From NCBI GenBank assembly GCA_009923495.1, contig RFTJ01000003.1, positions 1,236 through 65,235 of the forward strand: a DNA stretch of 64,000 nt, in the 5' to 3' direction. Both the position numbers and the translations under genes were made by a program. Positions 27,201 through 37,352 of the stretch are shown here, piece after piece. Origin of the DNA: Actinomycetota bacterium. Its GTDB lineage: Bacteria; Actinomycetota; Actinomycetes; S36-B12; UBA5976. The first letter of the stretch is position 1, and every line of letters starts with the position of its first letter. The notes beneath the pieces are model-generated. The model was given only the letters and a program-made list of their open reading frames with translations. It ran no database searches and was not told where the DNA came from.

Positions 27201-28307
27201 TTATTTAGTTAGCCACTGAGTAATCAAATCGGCAGTGCGGTGAATCTGGCTAACTGGAACATGTTCACTGGCACTATGGGCCAAGTTAGGGTTACCTGGT
27301 CCTAAATTTACTGCGGGAATCCCTAAGCGCGAGAATCTAGAAACATCAGTCCAACCAAACTTTGGCAAAACATCTTCACCAACCTGTGCAAGTAAATTTG
27401 CCAGCGCTGGTTCCCGCAGTCCTGGTAATGCACCAGGCACATTGTCAACGATTTCAACATCAAAGCCGGCAAAAATACTAGTGATTCTGGCTTGGGCCTG
27501 TTCAGCACTAACACTCGGTGCATAACGGTAGTTAACGGTTAGTGAAGCTGAGTCTGGGATTACATTACCGGCAACTCCACCGCAGATACCTACCGCATTT
27601 AACCCTTCGCGATACTCAAGTCCATCAATGAGTACGCGATCGGGTGAAAAGTTGGCCAAAATCTCAAGTGCCGGGGCTAGGGCATGGATTGCATTTTTTC
27701 CATGCCATGACCGAGCGCTATGTGCACGAATTCCTTTTGTGGTGATTTCGGCACGAAGTGTCCCTTGGCAGCCAGCTTCAATAACTGCATTCGATGGCTC
27801 AAGCAGAACTGCAACATCAGCAGCAAGCAACTCAGGTGCCGTGTTGCTAACTAGCGTAAGTCCATTTCGGGTACCTTCAACTTCTTCACATTCGTAAAAG
27901 ATGTAGGTCACGTCAACATTTGGATCGCGAAGTGTTACCGCAGTTTTAAGTACAACGGCAACGCCGGCTTTCATGTCACAGCTGCCTAGGCCAAAGATGA
28001 CTTCTTCGGCTACAACCTCGCCGGTCGGCAATTCGCCGCCAGCAGAAATTCGCATTGCTGTTGTATTGTTTGCGCCAGGGACCGTATCGAGATGACCAGC
28101 TAACACAACGCGCATAGGCAAACCGAAATTTGTCTTGGCGATAACGGTATTGGCGATTCGGTTGACTTCAAGCCAATCGCAATTTGCCAGTTCGACCTGG
28201 ATAGCATCGGCCAAAGTTGCCTCATCACCTGAGATACTCGGCACATTGACCAATTGCTCGGTGATATCTGCGACATCTGCACGCAGGTTTAGCAACAAAG
28301 TGTCCAC
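27201..28307 (-). CDS. dapE: succinyl-diaminopimelate desuccinylase
   Basis: M20 peptidase pattern (LAGHLDTVP, GSCDMKAG). Divergent from dapD as in other Actinobacteria. Confidence 0.8.
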   Translation of the reverse strand: MDTLLLNLRADVADITEQLVNVPSISGDEATLADAIQVELANCDWLEVNRIANTVIAKTNFGLPMRVVLAGHLDTVPGANNTTAMRISAGGELPTGEVVAEEVIFGLGSCDMKAGVAVVLKTAVTLRDPNVDVTYIFYECEEVEGTRNGLTLVSNTAPELLAADVAVLLEPSNAVIEAGCQGTLRAEITTKGIRAHSARSWHGKNAIHALAPALEILANFSPDRVLIDGLEYREGLNAVGICGGVAGNVIPDSASLTVNYRYAPSVSAEQAQARITSIFAGFDVEIVDNVPGALPGLREPALANLLAQVGEDVLPKFGWTDVSRFSRLGIPAVNLGPGNPNLAHSASEHVPVSQIHRTADLITQWLTK

Positions 28308-28366
28308 ACGACTACCGTAGTGGTGTAGAGGTTTTATTGGCTAATAGCCAACCGTAAAGGAGTCGC

Positions 28367-29290
28367 ATGTCAGGGCAAGAAAGTGCAGCCGCAGTAGGAA
28401 TTGCCACATATTCGGGTGGCACATTACTTGATGTTTGGTATCCAAACCCCACCCTTGGTGCGTTGCCGGTTGCAGTAACTGGCTTGGAACGAGCGATTGA
28501 TACAGACCAGTTGCGTGGCGTGCGCAGTGAAGTTATTACCACCATCATCTCCGACCTGAACAATGCGCCAGTGGATGCAGCAGATGCCTATTTGCGCCTG
28601 CATTTACTCTCGCATCGGCTCAAAGCCCCACGCACTATTAATCTTGAGGGAATTTTCGGTTTGTTAACTAATGTTGCTTGGACATCGCTGGGTCCAGTGG
28701 CAATAGATCGGTTAACCGAAGCTCAGTTCATCGCTCGCACTAAAGGTCTGCATTTAACCGTGTTCAGTGTTGATAAATTTCCAAGGATGGTTGATTATGT
28801 GGTCCCAAGTGGAGTTCGCATTGCGGATGCAGACCGAGTTCGACTTGGAGCACATCTGGCAGAAGGCACAACAGTGATGCACGAAGGTTTTGTTAATTTC
28901 AATGCAGGCACACTCGGCGTGAGCATGGTTGAAGGTCGTATTTCTGCAGGAGTCGTTGTTGGAGATGGCTCAGACATTGGCGGTGGTGCGAGCATCATGG
29001 GAACGCTCTCTGGTGGTGGCAAAGAAATGATAACAATCGGCAAGGACTGCCTAGTTGGCGCTAATGCTGGAGTTGGGATTTCGCTTGGTGATAACTGCTT
29101 GATTGAATCTGGCTGCTACATCACAGCTGGCTCGAAAATCACTTTGCCAGACGGCCAAGTAGTCAAAGGACGCGAACTCTCGGGTGCAAATGGCCTGCTG
29201 TACCGGCGAAATTCGATTACTGGCGCCCTCGAAGCAGTGGCAAAAGAAGGCTCTTGGGGCGGATTAAATTCTGCCCTACATTCGAACTAG
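28367..29290 (+). CDS. dapD: 2,3,4,5-tetrahydropyridine-2,6-dicarboxylate N-succinyltransferase
   Basis: Hexapeptide-repeat C-terminal half ([24 protein letters not shown]) and an actinobacterial-type N-terminal domain. Confidence 0.85.
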   Translation: MSGQESAAAVGIATYSGGTLLDVWYPNPTLGALPVAVTGLERAIDTDQLRGVRSEVITTIISDLNNAPVDAADAYLRLHLLSHRLKAPRTINLEGIFGLLTNVAWTSLGPVAIDRLTEAQFIARTKGLHLTVFSVDKFPRMVDYVVPSGVRIADADRVRLGAHLAEGTTVMHEGFVNFNAGTLGVSMVEGRISAGVVVGDGSDIGGGASIMGTLSGGGKEMITIGKDCLVGANAGVGISLGDNCLIESGCYITAGSKITLPDGQVVKGRELSGANGLLYRRNSITGALEAVAKEGSWGGLNSALHSN

Positions 29291-30570
29291 CGCTTAGATA
29301 TTTCCTGGTAATCGCGAGCGTCATAGCCAACATAAACTTGCCTTGGTCGACCAATCTTGGTGGCTGGATCGTTAATCATTTCATGCCACTGCGCAATCCA
29401 ACCTGGCAATCGGCCCAGGGCAAATAACACAGTAAACATTCGAGTTGGGAAACCTACGGCTCGGTAAATGAGGCCAGTGTAGAAATCAACATTCGGGTAC
29501 AGTCTGCGACTAATGAAGAATTCATCTGCCAACGCAGCCTCTTCAAGTTCGCGAGCGATATCAAAAAGTGGATCGGAGACGCCAAGGCGATTCAAAATTT
29601 CGTGTGCATGTCGCTTTACGATTGCTGCGCGCGGGTCATAATTCTTATAGACGCGGTGACCAAAGCCCATCAGTCGCGAACCCGCCTCTTTATCCTTAAC
29701 TTTCTTGATGAATGTCTGCACACTTTCACCAGAGTCTTTAATCTCCTGAAGCATTTCGAGTACAGCTTGATTAGCGCCACCATGCAAAGGGCCGAATAGT
29801 GCATTTATCCCGGCAGAAACTGAAGCGAATAGGTTTGCTTGGGAAGAGCCAACCATCCGAACCGTAGAAGTCGAGCAGTTTTGCTCGTGATCTGCGTGGA
29901 GAATAAAGAGCATGTCCAGCGCTTTTACTACGGCATCGTCAACCACGTACTCTTCAGCCGGGACACCAAAAGTCATCTTCATTAAATTTTGTACATAGCC
30001 CAAATTGTTATCTGGGTAAACAAATGGCTGGCCGACAGTTTTCTTGTGTGCATATGCAGCAAGAGTTGGCATCTTCGCCATCAGGCGAATAGTTGAAATT
30101 TCGACCTGGCGAGCATCAAATGGATCAAGAGAATCCTGATAAAAAGTAGACAATGCGCTCACTGCACTAGAGAGCACTGGCATTGGATGGGCATCACGCG
30201 GGAACCCGCCAAAAAACCTGCGCAAGTCTTCGTGCACCATTGTGTGGCGGGAAATCTGCGACTCAAATTCCGCTAGCTCGGCGGGGGTTGGCAGTTCGCC
30301 ATAAATTAGTAGATAAGAAACCTCAATAAAAGTGCTGTGCTCGGCTAACTGCTCAATGGGGTATCCGCGATAGCGCAAGATTCCTTCATCGCCATCAATG
30401 TAGGTAATGCTTGAAGAGCAAGAGGCGGTATTCATGAACCCATAGTCAAGGGCGACATCGCCCGTTTCCTTGAGCAAGTTGTTAACATTTAAACCGTTTG
30501 AACCAACGGAAGCTTTGACCTCTGGAAGTTCAATCCGAGCGTCGCCAAAATTCAAAATTGCGTCAGGCAT
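29287..30570 (-). CDS. gltA: citrate synthase
   Basis: GPLHGGANQ and GFGHRVYK signatures; 427 aa. Confidence 0.9.
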   Translation of the reverse strand: MPDAILNFGDARIELPEVKASVGSNGLNVNNLLKETGDVALDYGFMNTASCSSSITYIDGDEGILRYRGYPIEQLAEHSTFIEVSYLLIYGELPTPAELAEFESQISRHTMVHEDLRRFFGGFPRDAHPMPVLSSAVSALSTFYQDSLDPFDARQVEISTIRLMAKMPTLAAYAHKKTVGQPFVYPDNNLGYVQNLMKMTFGVPAEEYVVDDAVVKALDMLFILHADHEQNCSTSTVRMVGSSQANLFASVSAGINALFGPLHGGANQAVLEMLQEIKDSGESVQTFIKKVKDKEAGSRLMGFGHRVYKNYDPRAAIVKRHAHEILNRLGVSDPLFDIARELEEAALADEFFISRRLYPNVDFYTGLIYRAVGFPTRMFTVLFALGRLPGWIAQWHEMINDPATKIGRPRQVYVGYDARDYQEISKR

Positions 30571-30615
30571 ACGCCCAAACTTACTAGCATCGGCAGGTGG
30601 ATTACCAACGGCAGG

Positions 30616-31719
30616 TCAGTTTTTCCAGCCACTAAGTCTCAGGGCTACTTGGCCAACTCGCTCATCAGTTGCGGTTAGTGCCATCCGCACATGATTTGCA
30701 CCCGCTGGGCCATAAAAGTCTCCTGGCGCACACAAAATTCCAACATCTGCAAGCGAATTAATAGTCGCTAAACATGGTCTACCGGCGCTCACCCAGAGGT
30801 AAAGTCCGGCCTCTGAATGCTCAATCGTGAGCCCAGCTGGGGTTACCGCTTCGCGCAATGCTTCTCTTCTATTGTGATAGACATCACGCTGCGCCTGTAC
30901 ATGCTGGGTATCTAAGAGTGCGGCAATTGAGGCAGCTTGGATTGGGCTTGGTAACAACATGCCAGCATGTTTTCGCAATGCAAGGATGTCCGCGATTAGC
31001 GATTTATCACCTAGTACCGCACCAGATCGATACCCCGCTAAATTTGACCGCTTGGAAAGTGAGTGAACAGCCAAAACAGATTCATTGGAAGTGCCAATCA
31101 CTTCTGGATGCAAAACTGAAATCGGGGTAACATCCCAACCGAGTTCGATGTAACACTCGTCACTAATAACAACTGCCCCAATCTCGCGGGCTCGTGCGAC
31201 AACCGCCCTGAGGTGTTCTACAGTTTTCACTTCGCCGGTGGGGTTTGCCGGAGAGTTTATCCAAATTAGCGATACATCATTTGGTATCTGCTCCGGGTAT
31301 TCGTAGGTTACGTACTTTGCCCCGGCAATTTGTGCTCCAACTGCATAAGTTGGGTACGCCAAATGTGGGATGGCTACCGTATGTGACTTCGCTAAGCCCA
31401 AAATTGTTGGAAGCCAGGCAACAATCTCCTTGGAGCCGATAGTTGGACAAACTTCGGCAGGGCTAACCGTTACCGCTAACGCTCGCTGCGCCCAGTCCGT
31501 CCACGCTTGTCGAAGTTCAAAACTGCCTGCTGCCGTTGGGTAACCGGGCGCATTTGCATGATCTTGTAATGCCTTGATAACTACTTCGGGAGTTGGGTCA
31601 ACAGGCGTGCCGATAGAGAGATCAATAATTCCATCCGGATGATTTCGCGCGATTGCGGCAGCAGCAGAAATTCGATCCCAGGGAAAATCTGGTAAGCCTT
31701 TTGCAAGCGGAGTTAACAG
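30616..31719 (-). CDS. dapC: succinyldiaminopimelate aminotransferase (class I aminotransferase)
   Basis: The listed ORF (TTG 31401) lacks the N-terminus. The same frame stays open up to 31761 and encodes LPDFPWDRI...HPDGIIDLSIGTPVDPTPEVV...PGYPTAAGS...PTIGSKEIVAWLP, but has no ATG/GTG/TTG. Proposed CTG start at 31719, 5 nt after the fdx stop. SLSKRSN carries the PLP lysine. Confidence 0.7.
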   Translation of the reverse strand: MLTPLAKGLPDFPWDRISAAAAIARNHPDGIIDLSIGTPVDPTPEVVIKALQDHANAPGYPTAAGSFELRQAWTDWAQRALAVTVSPAEVCPTIGSKEIVAWLPTILGLAKSHTVAIPHLAYPTYAVGAQIAGAKYVTYEYPEQIPNDVSLIWINSPANPTGEVKTVEHLRAVVARAREIGAVVISDECYIELGWDVTPISVLHPEVIGTSNESVLAVHSLSKRSNLAGYRSGAVLGDKSLIADILALRKHAGMLLPSPIQAASIAALLDTQHVQAQRDVYHNRREALREAVTPAGLTIEHSEAGLYLWVSAGRPCLATINSLADVGILCAPGDFYGPAGANHVRMALTATDERVGQVALRLSGWKN

Positions 31720-31724
31720 TTGAC

Positions 31725-32042
31725 TTATCCCTGTGGTGGGAGCTCTGCTACAAATTCTGGATCATTGCTGGTCTTACCAGTTTTGGCAGCACCGCCAGGA
31801 GATCCAAGAACTGTAAAGAAATCAGCATTTAACTGCTTGAACTTGGTCATCTCGTCTGGAACGTCGTCTTCATAGTAAATCGCATCAGTCGGACAAACAG
31901 GCTCGCAGGCTCCACAGTCGACACATTCGTCGGGGTGAATGTACATCATCCGATCGCCTTCGTAAATGCAATCGACAGGGCATTCTTCAATGCAGGCCTT
32001 ATCTTTAACATCGACACAAGGTAGTGTGATGACGTAGGTCAT
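31725..32042 (-). CDS. fdxA: 7Fe ferredoxin
   Basis: MTYVITLPCVDVKDKACIEECPVDCIY...CVDCGACEPVCP cluster motifs. Confidence 0.9.
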   Translation of the reverse strand: MTYVITLPCVDVKDKACIEECPVDCIYEGDRMMYIHPDECVDCGACEPVCPTDAIYYEDDVPDEMTKFKQLNADFFTVLGSPGGAAKTGKTSNDPEFVAELPPQG

Positions 32043-32130
32043 GATGATCCTCCAGGGCGGTTTGGGACGAAGTTTTCGCTAGTAATAACCTACCGAAGCA
32101 TTAGCATTTACGCCCGACATCCCCCAAGTG

Positions 32131-33855
32131 TCAGGAATTAGTCGGTGAAGGTTTGGGCGTAGGTGTTGCCGGCTTGCCGCAGATTACTCGAGGTTCTGGG
32201 GAATAGTGAGTAGTAAACGGTTCCCGCTTAGTTACCTTGCCAGCAACAGTTACTACTCGGGTAACGGTGATGTCGAAGCCCGATTGTCCCCCTTGGTATT
32301 CACAGCCGGAAATGGTGCTATTAATAGTGCCAAAACCGGTCACGTTCCGCCAAGGGCCAGATACCGCCTCAACTTTGTCAAAAGTCTTTGTGCCATAAAG
32401 TGATACCGTCACGGAAGAGTTAGTAATCGATGCTTTGATTAAGACAGGGTGGCCGGATGTATTGCGCCAACGCATATCTAGTGAGCCCCATGAGACTGTT
32501 GCCTCCAAGCCAGCACGATATCGGGGAATCCAAATTGAGTGCGCTCGCTGTTCAACGCGCTCCATGTTGCCAAAGAATGCAGCGGTCCACATAGCAGTGG
32601 TCGCCGTCGAAACCCCGCCACCATAATCCTTGAGGAATTGACCACCGGGGCCGATGATGTAGCCAATCGTGTATCCATTTTCCGGCGTGCGCTCTAGAAC
32701 AGTCTCGTTCATTGAATAAATTTCTCCGGGCATCACAATCTTGTTGTTCATGTACCTGGCAGCTTGGCCGATGTTTTGCACCCGATATTGTGCGTAAGGA
32801 AAATTCTGGGTAAAGCTGCTGATCTTTTCCTTTATCCCTAGTGCCTTTGCGTCTTGCGTTGTGAACTTAGGCTGGGTAGTCCCTAATTCAAGTTCAACAC
32901 TCCTTGGTGCTGGCTTATCAATAACTGAGAGCACCGCCTGAGAAATTTTGTCCGGATTAATTCCAGTTCCGGACTTGCCTGGCACTACAACAGGTTTGCC
33001 ATCAACGATTTTGAAGTAGGCATCAACTGCAGTATCACCGATACCTGTAATTTGCGATTCGAGCGAATCAACTAACACCGATCCGTCGATTTGCGGAATA
33101 AGTTTTCCATTTACAACTTCATATGTGAGTGCTTGACGTAGATCGCTTGGCGAGACAGTCCCTTTTTGCTTGCCTACTGTCACCGTTATTGGACTTGCGG
33201 CTTCATTTTCGGCTCTCGGTACATACGCCTGTGCGGCCATGTCGGCAACCTTCGGCTGGACTAACTCAAACTGTAAAACCAAAGGGTTTGGTGAAGTTGG
33301 AAATGTTTTCACCAGCAGACGCTTAGTTGAATCTTTATTCAGCAATTCACCAGACTTACTGGTAACCAATTGCCCGCGGCCCTGATAAAAAATGATCTTT
33401 GGTTCCCGCGGCGGATTGTCTACTTTCGCCGCAATGGCGGCTACTGCGGTAGTCAATTTTTCATCATCAACTTTAACTACTGGGGTTGCTTCGACTGAGC
33501 CGCCTACTCTGGCCCAAAGTTCAAGCGGATTCCAAGGCTGACCAGCCAATTGCGAGATAGTGGCTGGGACATCCACGGATAAGCCCGCACTGTCTGGATC
33601 GATGTCGAACTTACGCGCTTTCACGGCCACTGTTATCGCCTTAGTTTGGAGTGGAACAATGTCGTGAGCGAGTTTGGCCTGCGCCTCTTTGATTGACATC
33701 TTGCTAACGTCGATGCCGGCAACAGTTGTTTTCGAAGGAGTTCGATCTGTGAAATGGACAACAGCTAGGGCATAAAGTAGGGCTAAGCCGAGTAACATAC
33801 CCAGGGCAACAAACTTAAATTTGCCGGACTTGGTCGGTTCTATTTCACTCATCAA
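32131..33855 (-). CDS. VanW family protein (membrane-anchored)
   Basis: N-terminal TM helix. C-terminal VanW-like core GGGVSTATTAMWTAAFFGNMERVEQRAHS. Start overlaps the upstream gene by 4 nt. Confidence 0.7.
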   Translation of the reverse strand: MMSEIEPTKSGKFKFVALGMLLGLALLYALAVVHFTDRTPSKTTVAGIDVSKMSIKEAQAKLAHDIVPLQTKAITVAVKARKFDIDPDSAGLSVDVPATISQLAGQPWNPLELWARVGGSVEATPVVKVDDEKLTTAVAAIAAKVDNPPREPKIIFYQGRGQLVTSKSGELLNKDSTKRLLVKTFPTSPNPLVLQFELVQPKVADMAAQAYVPRAENEAASPITVTVGKQKGTVSPSDLRQALTYEVVNGKLIPQIDGSVLVDSLESQITGIGDTAVDAYFKIVDGKPVVVPGKSGTGINPDKISQAVLSVIDKPAPRSVELELGTTQPKFTTQDAKALGIKEKISSFTQNFPYAQYRVQNIGQAARYMNNKIVMPGEIYSMNETVLERTPENGYTIGYIIGPGGQFLKDYGGGVSTATTAMWTAAFFGNMERVEQRAHSIWIPRYRAGLEATVSWGSLDMRWRNTSGHPVLIKASITNSSVTVSLYGTKTFDKVEAVSGPWRNVTGFGTINSTISGCEYQGGQSGFDITVTRVVTVAGKVTKREPFTTHYSPEPRVICGKPATPTPKPSPTNS

Positions 33856-34286
33856 TCTGACTCCGATTTTGTTTGTGAGTCTTGTCGTTCCATCACTTCG
33901 GTAAATGGCTCAGGCAGACCTTCCAAATCTGGAAGCCCACGCAGGGGTGGCAGTGCACAGATAATACCGATCACAACCGCCATCCCTGGCACGTAGATTT
34001 TTGACCACCAAGAGTCAAGAATGATCGCCTCATTCACACTCCGGTCAGCACCGAGAACTGCAGTGGCTAGTATCCAGCCAAAGCCAATCGCCACGGCCGC
34101 AATTCGACTCTGGAATGCTCTAGTAACCCAAAGCTGACTCACTGCGATAAACGCTACGGCCAATAGCACGCCGTATGCAATGGTGTGCTGTCCAAACTTG
34201 ATGCGGTCGGCATGAACGAAAGCGCCAACAGTTCCTAGTAAGAAGCCAAGGGGCACGCAAACCAGAAAAATCAGTAATTTCCTCAT
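33852..34286 (-). CDS. small integral membrane protein (4 predicted TM helices)
   Basis: 144 aa and hydrophobic. 4-nt overlaps with mshB upstream and VanW downstream. Confidence 0.5.
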   Translation of the reverse strand: MRKLLIFLVCVPLGFLLGTVGAFVHADRIKFGQHTIAYGVLLAVAFIAVSQLWVTRAFQSRIAAVAIGFGWILATAVLGADRSVNEAIILDSWWSKIYVPGMAVVIGIICALPPLRGLPDLEGLPEPFTEVMERQDSQTKSESD

Positions 34287-35173
34287 GCGTCGAATATTCC
34301 CGAAAACAAGTCCGTCTCATGGCCACTTGCGTCAATAGGACCAATTTCGCCAAATGCCAGCCGATAATACTCATAGCCCATAACCTGTGATCCCAAGTTA
34401 TTTGAGAGTGCAAAGAAACCAGACTCGGCGTTAATCTGAGTCGCATGTGCACGCAGTGCTGAAAACTTTTGCTCAATATGTTCAGTGGCATCAATAACGG
34501 TTGTGATGAATTCGTCTGGGCAGGCGAAGGGCACATCGTCTGGATCCTGAGCGGCAAAGCCGGTGTCTTCACCAGCGGCTCGCAGTGCCTCAATCCCGGC
34601 TCTCATGACACTGACTGGAAATGCGGTCCAATAAAGTTTTGAAATGTGCCAGGGTAAGCCAAGTTCTGGTGCAAAACTTGCAACTCCTGCTAACGCAACG
34701 GCATACGTCGTAACCCGATGAGCCTGAATATGATCAGGGTGTCCATAGCCGCCAAAATCGTCGTAGGTAACGACCACCTGTGGCTTAACTTCCCGGATTA
34801 CTTTAACTAAGTGCTTAGCTGCATCTAGCAAATCTGCTTGCCAAAATGAGTCAGGCCGGGAATTTGGCTCGGTACCAATCATTCCGCTATCTCGATAGGT
34901 ACCAATCCCGCCAAGAATTCGATAATCAGTCACGCCCAAAAATGCCATGGCTTCAGCCAGCTCCGCTAACCGGTGGCCGGCTAATTGGTCTTGATCGTGT
35001 GCGGCAAGGTGGGCTAGTTCAGGAATCAGAATTTCACCCTCATCGCCCAAAGTACAAGTGACGAGGGTTACTTGAGCTCCAGCTGCCACATACTTGGCCA
35101 TTGTTGCTCCTGTACCAATTGATTCATCGTCAGGATGAGCATGGACCAAAAGGAGTCGTTGGTTTGCAGACAC
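34283..35173 (-). CDS. mshB: N-acetyl-1-D-myo-inositol-2-amino-2-deoxy-alpha-D-glucopyranoside deacetylase
   Basis: LmbE-family signature LLVHAHPDDESIGTG and HPDH. Conserved typA-lpqW-mshB neighbourhood. Confidence 0.85.
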   Translation of the reverse strand: MSANQRLLLVHAHPDDESIGTGATMAKYVAAGAQVTLVTCTLGDEGEILIPELAHLAAHDQDQLAGHRLAELAEAMAFLGVTDYRILGGIGTYRDSGMIGTEPNSRPDSFWQADLLDAAKHLVKVIREVKPQVVVTYDDFGGYGHPDHIQAHRVTTYAVALAGVASFAPELGLPWHISKLYWTAFPVSVMRAGIEALRAAGEDTGFAAQDPDDVPFACPDEFITTVIDATEHIEQKFSALRAHATQINAESGFFALSNNLGSQVMGYEYYRLAFGEIGPIDASGHETDLFSGIFDA

Positions 35174-35241
35174 CCCTCCACTTTACGAGAATAATTTCCC
35201 AATCACATGCACCTAATTGCTTCGCATGCCAAAATCTAAGG

Positions 35242-37347
35242 ATGACCGAAACATTCCCACGCCAAATGGCTGCCACCAGACATTTTCAATTAGGCACCCC
35301 GAGACTCTTTAATGTTCTTTCCGATGCCTCACTTGTGACTTTCTTGCGAAGTGATCATGGCAGAGACTCAGTTAACTCCTTGTGGGTATTCGACACAGAC
35401 AAGAACCTAGAGCGTAAAATCGCCGACCCAAGAAAACTTCTCGCCGATACCGAGGATATTCCAGCAGCCGAGCGTGCAAGGCGTGAGCGGATGCGCGAGA
35501 CAACTGGTGGCATTACGAGCTACTCATCAGATAGCAGCGGGGGCCGAATAGCATTTGCATTGGCGGGCAAACTCTTCACCTGTCTAGTAGGAACTGAGGA
35601 ATTAACTGAGCTTGAAGTAACAGGGCCAATCATTGACCCGCAGGTATCGCCTGACGGTACTCGAATCATTTGGTCAGATGGGCAAAACATCCGGCTCTGT
35701 GATTTTTCCGGAGCAGATGAAATGGCGCTCACTGCGGAAACATCCACTAATCGCATCTGGGGTTTGGCGGACTTTATTGCTGCCGAAGAGTTTGGACGAA
35801 TGCGGGGGCTCTGGTGGTCGCCGACCAGCGATGCGGTCATCGCCCAATGCACTGATGACTCAGCGGTGAACTCGTGGTGGATTAGCGATCCTGCCAATCC
35901 AGAATCTGCGCCGCGTGAACAAAGGTACCCACAAGCTGGCTCGAACAATGCTGAGATTTCACTGCATTACTTTGAACTATCTGGTACCAAATTTGAGATT
36001 ACTTGGGACAAGTTGGCCTACGAATATCTGATTAGTCTGAGTTGGCAAGAGAACCAGCCTGCGCTAATTACGGTGGCAAATCGCGCGCAGACTGAATTTG
36101 TTTCTAATGCGCTAGTTGGGACCAGGCTTGAAACGGTGCACGTGGTTTCCGATCCTGAGTTTATTGAAGTAATCCCCGGTCAGCCGAAATGGCTCGGCGA
36201 AGAAATAGTATCCGTTATTGACAGTCGCATTACGGACACTCGTGAACTGCAAGTCGGTAGTCGAACTCTTACTCCCCCTGGCCTTCAGGTTATGTCCGTT
36301 GTTTCCGTCAATGATGATGCTATAGATGTAATTGCCACCGACAATTCGACTCAACGAAAACTCGTTCGAGTAAAGCCGTCAGGCGAGTTAATTGAACTAA
36401 CTAACGATGGAGTTGCTTCAGCAACCCCAAAAACTTTGGTTGGCTCAGATACTTGGCAAGTAGTTACTCAATCCAGACTTGCAACACATGAGCGAACTTA
36501 TACGTTACGGCGCAATGACGAATTGATTCACCAATTTGAGTCACTTGCCGAAAAGCCAATTGTGACTCCAGTGGTTCAAATATTTGAAACCGGAGTGCAC
36601 AAAGTCAAGACTGCCGTGCTGTTCCCCGAGAATCACACCTTTGGTAGCGAAAAGCTGCCAATCTTGTTGCGTCCATACGGTGGACCACACGGAGCGCAAG
36701 TTCTTGATGCGGCAAATGTTTATGCTGAAGACCAATGGTTTGCTAATCAGGGATTCTGCGTAGTCATTGCCGATAATCGTGGTACTCCTGCTCGCGGTCC
36801 GCTGTGGGACCATGCAATTTTCCACGATTTCATTAATCCGGTCCTAGACGACCAAGAGTCTGCGATTGCCGACTTAGTGATGAAATTTCCAAACGATGTA
36901 GATCCAAGTCGAGTCGGCATAACTGGCTGGTCCTTTGGTGGCTACCTGGCGGCACTTGCCGTGCTCGCTCGTCCTGAGGTATTCCATGCGGCTGTGGCTG
37001 GCGCGCCAGTTACCGACTGGCAACTGTACGACACGGCCTACACCGAACGATATCTAGGAAACCCCACCGAAGTTCCCGAGGTTTATCAACGCAACTCACT
37101 TTTAGAGTTGGCCAGGGATTTGCGCAGACCGCTACTTCTAGTTCACGGCACGGCCGACGATAACGTGGTTTTTGCACATACTCTGCAACTTTCCAGCCAC
37201 CTGCTCGCCAATAAAGGAGAGCACAGCGTATTACCGCTATCTGGAGTAACGCACATGACGCCACAAGAAGTTGTTTCCGAAAACATCGCACTTACTTCGG
37301 TCAAATTTTTTAACGCCCACCTAGCAAACCAAGCCAGCGGTGGCTAA
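35242..37347 (+). CDS. S9 family serine peptidase (dipeptidyl-peptidase IV / prolyl oligopeptidase-like)
   Basis: Beta-propeller N-terminal half, catalytic GWSFGGY, and a late HGTADDNV. Start set at ATG 35242 (AAGGA upstream), because the longest ORF would overlap mshB by 73 nt. Confidence 0.8.
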   Translation: MTETFPRQMAATRHFQLGTPRLFNVLSDASLVTFLRSDHGRDSVNSLWVFDTDKNLERKIADPRKLLADTEDIPAAERARRERMRETTGGITSYSSDSSGGRIAFALAGKLFTCLVGTEELTELEVTGPIIDPQVSPDGTRIIWSDGQNIRLCDFSGADEMALTAETSTNRIWGLADFIAAEEFGRMRGLWWSPTSDAVIAQCTDDSAVNSWWISDPANPESAPREQRYPQAGSNNAEISLHYFELSGTKFEITWDKLAYEYLISLSWQENQPALITVANRAQTEFVSNALVGTRLETVHVVSDPEFIEVIPGQPKWLGEEIVSVIDSRITDTRELQVGSRTLTPPGLQVMSVVSVNDDAIDVIATDNSTQRKLVRVKPSGELIELTNDGVASATPKTLVGSDTWQVVTQSRLATHERTYTLRRNDELIHQFESLAEKPIVTPVVQIFETGVHKVKTAVLFPENHTFGSEKLPILLRPYGGPHGAQVLDAANVYAEDQWFANQGFCVVIADNRGTPARGPLWDHAIFHDFINPVLDDQESAIADLVMKFPNDVDPSRVGITGWSFGGYLAALAVLARPEVFHAAVAGAPVTDWQLYDTAYTERYLGNPTEVPEVYQRNSLLELARDLRRPLLLVHGTADDNVVFAHTLQLSSHLLANKGEHSVLPLSGVTHMTPQEVVSENIALTSVKFFNAHLANQASGG

Positions 37348-37352
37348 GGGCA

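Noticed and set aside
35101-35241. N-terminal extension of the S9 peptidase ORF
   Set aside because: It overlaps the divergent mshB start region by 73 nt. ATG 35242 has an AAGGA SD.
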